Virus record (IMG/VR): IMGVR_UViG_3300030330_004956
Span: 32,001 to 96,000 of that record
DNA from: a virus
Lineage: Duplodnaviria; Caudoviricetes
DNA: 64,000 nucleotides
Direction: 5' to 3' (one strand)
Notes under the pieces: generated by a model
Seen by the model: the letters and a program-made list of their open reading frames with translations, nothing else
Database searches by the model: none
What the model was told of the DNA's origin: nothing
Made by a program: the position numbers and the translations under genes
Part shown: positions 29,101 to 37,822 of the stretch, piece by piece
Layout of the letters: every line of letters starts with the position of its first letter
Position numbering within the stretch: the stretch's first letter is position 1

Positions 29101-29852
29101 CTAAAGCCGGCTTCTTGGTTTTTAGTGGCTCTGGGCTAACTACCAATTCTTCATCCATTGAAGCGTTTACTAGTGAAGAGTTTAGATTACAAAACAAAGG
29201 TAAAACATACGACGCACAAACAGATACAACAGCCTCAGAAAATAAGTGGAATGCTCAATACTCAGTAAATGATGGCACCTATCCATCACACCAAGATGGC
29301 TTGGTGGTTTTTGGAGAAAAGCTACTTGCACCCCCAAAAGCAGGAGTTAGTGGTGATTGTAGAAACATAGCAGACGGCGGCACACTTCAGGCACCATCTG
29401 GAAACCCAAATTATGCTTTATCCGGCTTGACGGACGCTACGAGAACATATGTTAGATTCTTCAAAAACACCACAGGCGGAGACAAAACTAATATTCAAAT
29501 ACAAATTTACGGTTCTGGTACTTTAGATGATCTCGGCGCATCGTATGCCAATGGTAACTTTAAATTAGAATACAAATTCCCAAGCTCAGATGCCAGCGTA
29601 AATACTGCATGGCTTGATGCTGGAAAGAATTCTCAAAGCGGAAACAAAAATGTTGACGGTGAAGGTGGAGTTACGGGCGTTGGCTCAGGTTATTTTCCAT
29701 TAACTATTAGCGCAGAAGGAACAACTATTGGCGCATCACCTAATTATGTTACCTTGTTGGGTGGCGCATGGGAAAATAATAAGTACTTATTAATTAGAGT
29801 AAGAGCCAGTGCCAGTTGGAATGGGTGGATAAGTAGAATAGAGGTAACATAA
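26121..29852 (+). CDS. Large virion surface protein with internal tandem duplication
   Basis: 1243 aa; two homologous ~550-600 aa modules. Confidence 0.6.
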   Translation: MSYNTLSGTIQGPNKIIAKKDGTFTQITGSVSGSFVNASGTLVSFASIGTVGGSGGAIGESEDGSYADGLFTDFTTGTMVGVVLDRYNEIFKSLVPPPAPNLSRAFTAQDGTDVRLSFGASNDMESDGTPYYSVTTSAGGTAVDKGELYGTQTFGNNFRIAAFQGTTAITGVINDQVTASVLGSYTNYVANAFGNANTGTLALYINSTSSAAHTLNLATATGTGNPGSGNSSSLNADGSGFIKVSIAKNATDANNNSFDIFKHRTANFVVNPASQRMGWNYAYVKHTVGSANYTSNFIEWVNDANAVTPTITSQAITGITLNGSRYLSGVQYNLSASADYSFLISHFYKNVYLNASVICVDLNGRATITDTTMPHIGADDENKTVALTQSLETNVPTILNATVGAQASVSHIFKGTANANTSVSGFLIYTPTSNNPTNTVEYFRNEKYRLPSGSHDAQGTIATSSWTSATHMTGSGTHADGLIIYNEALRSPKQGANGGNFAAIANTESGNPDYSSVTGVRTFYRAFKNTGAAKQDVSITINGTGTIVSNGAELGANNKIRVLVKTPGKTGWMNLADAYSHPNLSDGAGARETNFDSSLNATNIVTLGAKAVATNEWFLVKIEAHANWTGNISQISVTFGAGTGGITNPSNLSQLDETMANNGSNADLSFGASKPIAGYTSATGTPSINGAVDLNGLWEPNTGFDNQRLGVYDKTFNITGKLNSVITSARLSDAHTGSLELYINGALRHTVNLNSYGDGNTLNSSGSGFQSLSAVKYPKFGNQVSDYTKPYRTGSVIVDADDQRDGWNFARVKHSGTFGERTSTYIEWMNDSNASTISVAGGNISNFNNSNVFYSSGIKSFRNPPTASFTLTSSNNYLNTYDGDPANAIDFNDSLTNVTISAMTASGAGINDLTDSNGVSGYPTLNTTTNSQTASVNYNLTLSFTPSFSLVGAFVGGAAIHTASIGSAKFLQPPVNGNNNTYSTFTTSDFTSFSKAGFLVFSGSGLTTNSSSIEAFTSEEFRLQNKGKTYDAQTDTTASENKWNAQYSVNDGTYPSHQDGLVVFGEKLLAPPKAGVSGDCRNIADGGTLQAPSGNPNYALSGLTDATRTYVRFFKNTTGGDKTNIQIQIYGSGTLDDLGASYANGNFKLEYKFPSSDASVNTAWLDAGKNSQSGNKNVDGEGGVTGVGSGYFPLTISAEGTTIGASPNYVTLLGGAWENNKYLLIRVRASASWNGWISRIEVT

Positions 29853-29853
29853 C

Positions 29854-31002
29854 ATGGCAAACACCAATCAAGCGCAAACTATATCCGCTTTCAAAAGATT
29901 GGCTGGTAGAGCTAATACCTCCGCCGCCAAAGCCTACTATGAAGAGAACATACCATCTGCACTACAAACCACAACCACTACTGTATTTGCTGATACCGTG
30001 CCACAATCTGCCGCTGGCATATCTTCTTCGGCAGACTTTGCTTCTAGATATGCAATCTTTACAGGAAGTTCTGGCAACAATGTAATGGAGTTGGTTCCTT
30101 TTGTTGTGGAGACTATCGGCGGTACCCTGTATGACGACGATCAGTTATCAGATCGCGGTGGTGAAGGATCTCAAAACTCAGGATATCATGGCTATCAATT
30201 AAAATTACCATCGGACTATGAATCAAAATCTAATAACCCTGCTGCTGGCACTGGAGTTTTTGTAAATAATCAAGTAGTTCATGCATCGAATGGGTTGTTA
30301 CAGCTTGTCGGGCCGACACTCGCCCCAAATACACGCCCAAAGTTAAACATGTCTATATGGACAAATACTGGTACTTTTTCGTCCTCAACTGCGGCAAGCT
30401 ATACAGGAGTCCCAGCTACAGATCCTATTGATTGGGTTCCGGACTACTTTAATGGAACTATCTTTATGCAAGATTTTGATTCCACTAAAGTGCCCACAAT
30501 TGCAATGGGGTACGTTTACATTGGCAAAATGGCTGGAACTGCAATTTCAGACGCAGCTAATTCTGGCTCTGGGCAGCAGATCACAATTAAAGATGAAGGC
30601 ACGAACAGGACTACAAATTTATCTTCTATAGACTTTGTTGGTGCCGGAATTACTGCCACAACTGTTGGAGACAACGTAACTGTCACAGTTCCCGGTGTAG
30701 CCGGAATGGGAGGTGTCACATACGGAAGAACAGTCGCCGCCGCTAACATGACTTCTTCAGCATCTGATAAAATAATAGGCGTAACCGCTACTGCCTCTAT
30801 TGAAATTAGACTCGCCGCTGCAAGTACATTGTCTGTAGGGCAATATGTTACGATCAAAAAAGAAGTGAGTTCTTCTAATATTATTACGATTTCTGCGTCT
30901 GGATCAAACAAAATTGATGGAGTTGGGAATATAAAACTTGAGTCTCCCTTCGCTGCTGTAAATCTATACTCAGATGGTACTGGCAGCTACTTTGTTTATT
31001 AG
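29854..31002 (+). CDS. Fibre-like virion protein
   Basis: 'ITIKDEGT...SIDFVGAGITAT' fibre motif; shared C-terminal domain. Confidence 0.55.
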   Translation: MANTNQAQTISAFKRLAGRANTSAAKAYYEENIPSALQTTTTTVFADTVPQSAAGISSSADFASRYAIFTGSSGNNVMELVPFVVETIGGTLYDDDQLSDRGGEGSQNSGYHGYQLKLPSDYESKSNNPAAGTGVFVNNQVVHASNGLLQLVGPTLAPNTRPKLNMSIWTNTGTFSSSTAASYTGVPATDPIDWVPDYFNGTIFMQDFDSTKVPTIAMGYVYIGKMAGTAISDAANSGSGQQITIKDEGTNRTTNLSSIDFVGAGITATTVGDNVTVTVPGVAGMGGVTYGRTVAAANMTSSASDKIIGVTATASIEIRLAAASTLSVGQYVTIKKEVSSSNIITISASGSNKIDGVGNIKLESPFAAVNLYSDGTGSYFVY

Positions 31003-31091
31003 TGCTTTTTCGTCTTACACATACTATATAGGTGTAGAGAGAGGGTACGCCTTTTCTCTTGCTTTATTAACAATTAATGGAGGGTTTAATA

Positions 31092-32783
31092 ATGGCTTAT
31101 AAATTTCAATTAGGGACTGCTCGTCTGAGTGGCTCTATTATACTTGAAGATGAAATGTTTGCATCTTCTTCGAACGGCGTCTCTGTATCAGGCGACGGCG
31201 CAAAAGCTAAAGTCGTCAAAATCGATGTTGTCAACAGCAACAAAGATGGACGCATTCAAGTTTACGGATCCGGTGCAGTAGGTACTGCTTCTGTCCAAAT
31301 CGGAATCGGTGGCTCACAAGAGGGTGAGGTTTTCATTCGTAACAATGCTGGTGCTGATCAGATCTTGCTTCAGGGCAACAAAGCGACTATCATGGGTTCA
31401 ATCGAACTTGGACACGCATCTGATAACACTCTTACCGCTGCTAGTGGTGATTTGAGTATTGAAGGTAATCGCCTTTTCCGTGCTGGTGGTGCTGATATTC
31501 CAGTTGCTGACGGCGGAACTGGTGCTTCAAATGCATCTGGTGCTCGTACAAACTTAGGTGTTGCAATCGGCTCTGACGTTCAAGCACATGACGATATCTT
31601 GGATGATATCGCTGGTGTAACTCAGGCTGCAAATAAAGGTGTATATTTTGATTCAAACACCAGTGCTGCAACTTTTGACTTGACTGCTGCTGGTAGAGCA
31701 CTTCTTGATGATGCTGATGCTGCCGCCCAAAGAACAACTCTTGGTTTGGGATCTGCTGCCCTTGCGGCTTCTGCTGATTTCCAGCCGGCTGATGCAGAAT
31801 TAACTGAACTTGCCACAATGGCGACTGCGACTGCTGAAGCTTTGGCTGACTTGTCAGACGCTGAAGTCGCCGTTCTTGATGGCGCTACTGCTGGTACCGC
31901 TGTTGCTTCTAAGGCTCTAGTTGTTGACTCTGATAAAGATCTTACTGGTGTTAGAAACCTTACTCTTGCTGGTAACTTGACTGTTAATGGTACTCAAACT
32001 ATCATGAACGTTGCTACAATGTCTGTACAAGATGCTAACATTGAAATTGCAAACAATGCTAACAAGGCAGATGGAATGGGTTTAACAATTGGTTCTGGTT
32101 CTGCTGCACAAACGGTTCGTTTCCAATTATCTGACAGTGCTGCTAACTTGTCTTCTTCTGCTCCTTTGAAAGCTCCGGGTTTCTTGGGTAACGCAACTAC
32201 TGCTACTAGTTTAGCAACTGGTAGAGAAATCGGTGGTGTTTCGTTTAATGGTACAGCCGATATCGATCCAAAAGACTTGGATCTTACGGCTCTGACTGCC
32301 AACTCATCACATCATGTTCTTATGGCTGCTGGTGCCACTGGTGTCCAGACTATCGGTACTGATAACTTGTTGACTTACAACCCAACCACAAACGTTCTTT
32401 CTGCTGGTAAGTTCGATGGTGACGGTTCGTTGTTAACTGGTGTTGCTGCTTCTGGTATCAGCATCAACTCACCGCTCAACGTTGGCGCGACTGTCCAGAA
32501 TCTCTCTGGCGCTTCGGGTGTTCACTTGTTCTCCGCTGCTTCTTTGACGGCTGGAACTAACGTAACACTTCACTTGTCTGGTACCACTGCTGGTGCCACC
32601 GGATGGGCGAATGGTGCGGAAGTTCGCGTTAAAGCTCCCGGTGAGCTTAGTGGAAGTCACATCGTCATCCGCGCTTCTGGCTCTCAGACGATCGATGGTG
32701 TTTCTAGCATTATCTTGGAATCTCCTAACGCTGCTGTTTCGTTAGTTTATTCACAGGTTGCTGGCGAGTGGATGATTTTCTAA
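31092..32783 (+). CDS. Fibre protein (head or tail fibre)
   Basis: 'PVADGGTGASNASGARTNLG', 'AAAQRTTLGLG' and 'REIGGVSFNGTADI' fibre motifs; SD ggaggg. Confidence 0.7.
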   Translation: MAYKFQLGTARLSGSIILEDEMFASSSNGVSVSGDGAKAKVVKIDVVNSNKDGRIQVYGSGAVGTASVQIGIGGSQEGEVFIRNNAGADQILLQGNKATIMGSIELGHASDNTLTAASGDLSIEGNRLFRAGGADIPVADGGTGASNASGARTNLGVAIGSDVQAHDDILDDIAGVTQAANKGVYFDSNTSAATFDLTAAGRALLDDADAAAQRTTLGLGSAALAASADFQPADAELTELATMATATAEALADLSDAEVAVLDGATAGTAVASKALVVDSDKDLTGVRNLTLAGNLTVNGTQTIMNVATMSVQDANIEIANNANKADGMGLTIGSGSAAQTVRFQLSDSAANLSSSAPLKAPGFLGNATTATSLATGREIGGVSFNGTADIDPKDLDLTALTANSSHHVLMAAGATGVQTIGTDNLLTYNPTTNVLSAGKFDGDGSLLTGVAASGISINSPLNVGATVQNLSGASGVHLFSAASLTAGTNVTLHLSGTTAGATGWANGAEVRVKAPGELSGSHIVIRASGSQTIDGVSSIILESPNAAVSLVYSQVAGEWMIF

Positions 32784-32816
32784 TCATTGCTTCAAGTATA
32801 CAAGATTTTTTCTTGG

Positions 32817-32844
32817 AGGGTTGGACGAAAGTCCAACCCTTTTT
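32817..32844 (+). terminator. Rho-independent terminator
   Basis: AGGGTTGGAC-GAAA-GTCCAACCCT then TTTT. Confidence 0.85.
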
Positions 32845-32871
32845 CTATTTAATCTATAATGGAGGAATAAC

Positions 32872-34635
32872 ATGTCTTATAAATTTTCAAAAGGGTTTAC
32901 AGTCCAAGGAGATATCAAAGCAGAGGACGACACTGAACGCAATACTTTGATTGATTTTGGAGAAGATAAAATTGATTTACAAACCAGCGGCACAGTTAGA
33001 ATTACTATCGACAACGATGGCGTTTATATACCACAGCATATTTCAAATACAACTGTTTTAAAAGTTTCTGGCAATGTTGAGATTGGAAATGGCTCCGATT
33101 TGTGTTTTCAAAAAGGAGCAGATGATATCGCTTTTATTAAATTCAGAGAAGGTACCGATGGAACTTCTTACAACGGGTACCTTGGCTACAGTGCCGCAGA
33201 AGACATTTACATTTCCCCCGGTAGAGGTGCGGACTTTTTTGTCCAATCTAGAACGAACCCCGGTGGCGATCACGGCGGTGATCAAACTTTTCCTTTTATC
33301 ATTATGGATGATGGAACAGTTAAATTCACAAAAGGGCTGACAGATACAGCAGTTAGATCTGCTGATCTGTCATCAGATGTTGCCTTCTATGTCTCCGGAA
33401 CAACAGACGGACAAAACAATGCTGTATTTCAAGGAAATGTTGTGATGTCTGGCGCTGTAACAGCCGAAGACAATCTTATAGTAGATGGCAGGATAGGCAT
33501 TGGAGTTGATAGTCCCAGCTATAAGTTAGAGATTGGCGGTAATATGTCAGTTGGGCAATACATCTACCACAGAAATGATACTGACACATTCATCAATTTT
33601 ACTGATAATAGGATAAGACTTAAAGCTGGCGATGTGGGTATGATTGGGTGCCATAAGAAAAGTTCCGCTCCCCACCAAGTCACGATCAACAATGGGAACA
33701 ACAATGTTGATTTTCATATCAACAGCAACAACAATACCAATGATCCAATATTAATGTCTGATGCCGATACTGCTAGAATAGGAATTGGAACAGACGCTCC
33801 TGATGAAAAACTTACCATCAACACACCAAACGATAGCGATCAAGTTTTTATACAATTTCAAGAAGCAGGGGCTGACAGAGCAAAGATTGGAATTAATGAT
33901 TCAAATAATTTAGTGTTCCATCAGCAGTTCACAAACAAGCATATCGTTTTCAAAGTTAATGATCAAGGTGTTACACGAGAAGGATTAAGAATTGATGGTG
34001 CTGTTCCGGAAGTGGTTGTCAACGAAGGATCATCTTCCTTGGTAGATTTTAGAGTTGAGTCATCTGACAGTACTCATATGCTATTTGTAGACGGCGGAAA
34101 TAATAAAGTTGGAATCGGTACATCAGTCCCAGAGACAACACTGCATATACATTCAGATACAATTAACAATGGCGCCGTCACCATAAGCCAAGCAGATAAT
34201 TCAGGTGATGCGTCTCAACTTGATCTGTCAAAAGCAAGAGGTACTGGGCAATCACCGGCTGCTGTACAAAATAATGATTTCTTGGGGCAAGTTAGGTTTG
34301 TGGCGTATGACGGAAATAGCTATGATAATTTTTCTGATATATTTGTCCAAGCCGCAGGCACTATTAGTACCACTTCTCATCCAACAAAAATGGTTTTCAG
34401 AACAACTAGGCTAAATGCCACCTCTCCGGTTACTGCTATAACAATTGATGAGAATCAGAATTTGATAGCAGAAGGTAATTTAGAGGCGTTTGATACTATA
34501 ACAATCAGAAATCAAAATGCCCCCGCCAGCGCCACCTCCAATGGGTTTAGAGGTGAGATCAGATATGATAGCAATTATATCTATGTATGTGTTGCGGACA
34601 ATACATGGAAAAGAGTTCTGTTGAGCACTTGGTAG
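32872..34635 (+). CDS. Fibre protein
   Basis: Repeated '[RK][IV]GIG.(D/S).P...L.I' units; C-terminal 'GEIRYDSNYIYVCVADNTWKRVLLSTW'. Confidence 0.65.
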   Translation: MSYKFSKGFTVQGDIKAEDDTERNTLIDFGEDKIDLQTSGTVRITIDNDGVYIPQHISNTTVLKVSGNVEIGNGSDLCFQKGADDIAFIKFREGTDGTSYNGYLGYSAAEDIYISPGRGADFFVQSRTNPGGDHGGDQTFPFIIMDDGTVKFTKGLTDTAVRSADLSSDVAFYVSGTTDGQNNAVFQGNVVMSGAVTAEDNLIVDGRIGIGVDSPSYKLEIGGNMSVGQYIYHRNDTDTFINFTDNRIRLKAGDVGMIGCHKKSSAPHQVTINNGNNNVDFHINSNNNTNDPILMSDADTARIGIGTDAPDEKLTINTPNDSDQVFIQFQEAGADRAKIGINDSNNLVFHQQFTNKHIVFKVNDQGVTREGLRIDGAVPEVVVNEGSSSLVDFRVESSDSTHMLFVDGGNNKVGIGTSVPETTLHIHSDTINNGAVTISQADNSGDASQLDLSKARGTGQSPAAVQNNDFLGQVRFVAYDGNSYDNFSDIFVQAAGTISTTSHPTKMVFRTTRLNATSPVTAITIDENQNLIAEGNLEAFDTITIRNQNAPASATSNGFRGEIRYDSNYIYVCVADNTWKRVLLSTW

Positions 34636-34683
34636 TGATGTTGCCTTAAGAATCACAATAATTTTCCTTTTCTTGTCAAGAAC

Positions 34684-34692
34684 ACTATTTAT
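34684..34692 (+). promoter_or_regulatory. Late promoter motif ACTATTTAT
   Basis: Before scaffold-MCP. Confidence 0.7.
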
Positions 34693-34725
34693 TAACGATA
34701 AACGTTTATTTAGGAGTTTTACATA

Positions 34726-35811
34726 ATGTCATTACTGAAACAAGCTATTGTTGATGCTGCCAACTTGAAAGAAGCAGCACTCAAGAACGCAGAGCAATTA
34801 ATTCTTGAGAAGTATTCAAATGAAGTAAAAACTGCCATTGATTCTCTTTTGGAGCAAGAAGAAGCTCCCGCAGCCGGCGCAGAAGCCGCTGCTGGTGAAG
34901 AAACAGAAGCAGAGCCAACTACATTTGAAGAAGAAAACACAATTACACCGTCTTATATGGAAGGTGAAGCCATTACATCTAAAGATGGTAATTTAGAATT
35001 AGAGACTCCTGATGAGGGAGATACGATCGATATTAACATCAGCCCCGAAGAGTTGGCACAGTTCTTGCGTGATGCAGAGCAAAACGATGTTGGACAATAT
35101 GTTGATACAAATTTAGATGATCTTCGTGTCGATGACGACGATGAAGTTGAAGTTGATCTCACTGCTCTCGCAGATTTAGACGACGAAGATGATTATGGAA
35201 TTGAGGATACCGATCAAGATATCGAACTCCCCGATGACTTAGAAGGATTAGAAAGAATGGTTGCAGAAGCCTTAAGTGTGGACTATGAGCCACAACCGCA
35301 CGGTGACGTCGGTGGCGGAAAAGATATTGATTATGAAGCTGCAATCGATATGGCATTGGCTAAAGCAATGTCTGATGAGATGGAAGAAGAAAACGAAGAA
35401 CTTCAAGCTTCTTTGGAAGAATTAGAAGAAGAAGTTAAAAATCTCAAAGAAGAAAATCAAAAATTTAAGAGCGTGACTCTTCAGTTAAAAGATAAATTGG
35501 AAGAATCAATTATCACTAACGCGAAGTTGTTGTACTCTAACCGTGTACTAATCAGTGCCTCCCTGAATGAGCGACAAAAGAATAAAATTGTCGAAGCGTT
35601 GACAAATGCACAAACCGTAGAAGAAGCAAAGACTATCTATGAAACACTTCAAAGCACAGTGAACGGCAACAAGCGTAGCCCTCAAACACTGAGCGAAGCA
35701 GTTAATAGACAAGCTGGGCGTTCATCTACACTTCCGAGACGAACTCCCGAAAGGGAAACTCTCAATGAAGGTGCCTTAACAAGAATGCAAAGACTTGCAG
35801 GCATCAAATAA
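34726..35811 (+). CDS. Prohead scaffolding protein
   Basis: Very acidic with a coiled-coil C-terminal half; immediately upstream of the MCP; ends RMQRLAGIK. Confidence 0.75.
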   Translation: MSLLKQAIVDAANLKEAALKNAEQLILEKYSNEVKTAIDSLLEQEEAPAAGAEAAAGEETEAEPTTFEEENTITPSYMEGEAITSKDGNLELETPDEGDTIDINISPEELAQFLRDAEQNDVGQYVDTNLDDLRVDDDDEVEVDLTALADLDDEDDYGIEDTDQDIELPDDLEGLERMVAEALSVDYEPQPHGDVGGGKDIDYEAAIDMALAKAMSDEMEEENEELQASLEELEEEVKNLKEENQKFKSVTLQLKDKLEESIITNAKLLYSNRVLISASLNERQKNKIVEALTNAQTVEEAKTIYETLQSTVNGNKRSPQTLSEAVNRQAGRSSTLPRRTPERETLNEGALTRMQRLAGIK

Positions 35812-35838
35812 GACAATTAATTTTTGGAGGATATAAAA

Positions 35839-37611
35839 ATGTCTATCGTTGAAAAACTTACAGAAGGTATTGTCAGAAGAGATCTCGCTAAGGAAGGTGC
35901 TGCACTATTAAACAAGTGGGAACGCACTGGACTTCTCGAAGGGCTTGATTCTGATTATGCCAAAAACAACATGGCTTCTCTCTTAGAGAACCAAGCCAAG
36001 GAACTTCTCCGCGAAGCTTCCTTGATGAGTGCTGGAGACGTCGAAGGTTTCGCCGCTGTAGCATTCCCAATCGTGCGCCGTGTATTCGGTTCACTTATCG
36101 CTAACGATCTTGTTAGTGTTCAGCCCATGAGCTTGCCTTCTGGACTGATTTTCTTCCTTGACTTCCGTTTTGGATCTGAAGGCTCTAATATGCCACGCGC
36201 TGGTTTTAAAGCAGATGAATCGATCTACGGACAAGGGGTAATTGGTTCGGAGCTTACCGGTGGTGTTGACATGAACAACCTTACTGAAGACAAGCAGCCG
36301 TTTGGACTTCAAGCAGGTTACACGCATGCTTCTGGTAATATTGGCGCTAATACTGCTAACTTGACTAACGTAGCTAATGGTACTATTGGTAACGGTACTG
36401 CTGGTGCAACCGGTGGTGCGGATATCGACAAGCTGGTTCGTTACGATCCTGATCTTGCTAGCGGAACTATCGTTTCTGTTCTCAAGGTTCAGCTTTCGGA
36501 TCTTGATCAAGCAGATGTCACTGAAGAAGGATTGAGACACATTACGATTCAATCTGGTTCAGCACGTCCCGGTTTACTTAGCGCATCGCTGATCACCAAC
36601 TCGGCTGTGAATCAATCGCAAGTTCGTCGTCTTACTAGATTCTCTGGATCTACCAAGACTCACGCACTGCTTTTCTTCACAGGTTCGTCTGCAATTAGTG
36701 GTACCGCAGGTTCTGCTTCTGAAGTAACCAGCGCTAACGCTAAGATTCAATACCGCGCAATGGATGATTTTGTTAGCGGAAGCGGACTTGGTTCGGTTGT
36801 CGGACGTTCCTTCTGGGAGCTTGAAGCGCAAACCGATATCCCTGAGATCGAGATCCAAGTTGACTCGGTAAGCGTCACGGCGCAAACCAAGAAGCTGAAG
36901 GCTAAGTGGAGCCCTGAGTTGGGACAAGATCTTAACGCATACCACAACCTTGACGCTGAAGTTGAGTTGACTTCGATTCTTTCTGAGCAAATTGCTCTTG
37001 AAATCGATCGCGAGATCCTTGCTGATCTTATGGGTGGAGCAACTGCTGCTACCTACTACTGGAGTAGATCTCCCGGCTTGTTCGTGAACAAGGAAACTGG
37101 TGCTGAACTTGGTGCTGCTTCTGCTGCCCCTGACTTCACCGGTACTGTTAGCGAATGGTACGAGACTTTGATCGAAACGATCAATGACGTATCTGCTCAA
37201 ATCCACAGAAAGACTCTTCGTGGCGGCGCCAACTTTGTTGTCTGCGGCCCAGAAGTTGCCAACATCCTTGAGTTCACCTCTGGATTCCGTGCAAATGTCT
37301 CTCATGCGGATGAGAAGGGCACGATCGGTGCTGTTAACGTTGGATCTCTTTCTAAGAAGTTCGATGTTATGGTTGATCCATACTTCCCAAGAAACGTAAT
37401 CTTGGTTGGACGTAAGGGTAACTCTTTCCTCGAAAGTGGATATGTGTACGCTCCTTATGTACCTCTTCAGGTTACTCCTACGATCTTCGGCACCGAAGAC
37501 TTCGTACCACGTAAGGGCGTCATGACTCGCTATGCGAAGAAGATGGTTCGTCCTGACATGTACGGACTCGTTGTCTGTAGAGGACTTCTTGGCGAGGAAG
37601 GTTCTAGCTAA
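35839..37611 (+). CDS. Major capsid protein (T4 gp23-like)
   Basis: 'VSVQPMSLPSGLIFFL', 'KLKAKWSPELGQDLNAYH..DAE.ELT.ILSEQIALEIDREIL', 'YAPYVPL', 'GVMTRY'; SD ggagg. Confidence 0.95.
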   Translation: MSIVEKLTEGIVRRDLAKEGAALLNKWERTGLLEGLDSDYAKNNMASLLENQAKELLREASLMSAGDVEGFAAVAFPIVRRVFGSLIANDLVSVQPMSLPSGLIFFLDFRFGSEGSNMPRAGFKADESIYGQGVIGSELTGGVDMNNLTEDKQPFGLQAGYTHASGNIGANTANLTNVANGTIGNGTAGATGGADIDKLVRYDPDLASGTIVSVLKVQLSDLDQADVTEEGLRHITIQSGSARPGLLSASLITNSAVNQSQVRRLTRFSGSTKTHALLFFTGSSAISGTAGSASEVTSANAKIQYRAMDDFVSGSGLGSVVGRSFWELEAQTDIPEIEIQVDSVSVTAQTKKLKAKWSPELGQDLNAYHNLDAEVELTSILSEQIALEIDREILADLMGGATAATYYWSRSPGLFVNKETGAELGAASAAPDFTGTVSEWYETLIETINDVSAQIHRKTLRGGANFVVCGPEVANILEFTSGFRANVSHADEKGTIGAVNVGSLSKKFDVMVDPYFPRNVILVGRKGNSFLESGYVYAPYVPLQVTPTIFGTEDFVPRKGVMTRYAKKMVRPDMYGLVVCRGLLGEEGSS

Positions 37612-37639
37612 TCATTAGTTAGCAATCGCTAAAGATAAT

Positions 37640-37678
37640 AGGCTCCAATCTCTTTGAGATTGGGGCTTTTCTTTTTTC
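37640..37678 (+). terminator. Rho-independent terminator after the MCP
   Basis: GCTCCAATCTC-TTT-GAGATTGGGGC followed by a T-rich tract. Confidence 0.85.
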
Positions 37679-37683
37679 TAGAA

Positions 37684-37692
37684 ACTACTTAT
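37684..37692 (+). promoter_or_regulatory. Late promoter motif ACTACTTAT
   Basis: Right after the MCP terminator and right before the structured RNA. Confidence 0.65.
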
Positions 37693-37693
37693 T

Positions 37694-37798
37694 ATAACTT
37701 GAGTTTATTCTCCTTGGGTGAGGCCACTACCCTAGAAAGAGAGTGTTCCGAAGTGGCTGGAATACGATCATTGACTAAAATCAGGTTATTGCAATAAC
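37694..37798 (+). ncRNA. Candidate structured RNA: three-way junction with kissing loops plus an alternative hairpin
   Basis: P1 37694-37707/37776-37789; P2 37709-37719/37729-37742; P3 37743-37750/37758-37765; loops GCCACT (37723-28) and AGTGGC (37752-57) are complementary. Confidence 0.6.
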
Positions 37799-37822
37799 AT
37801 AATTTTAAGGAGGAAATTAATT

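Noticed and set aside
36091-37305. 153- and 243-aa minus-strand ORFs
   Set aside because: Antisense to the codon-biased major capsid gene; typical shadow ORFs.
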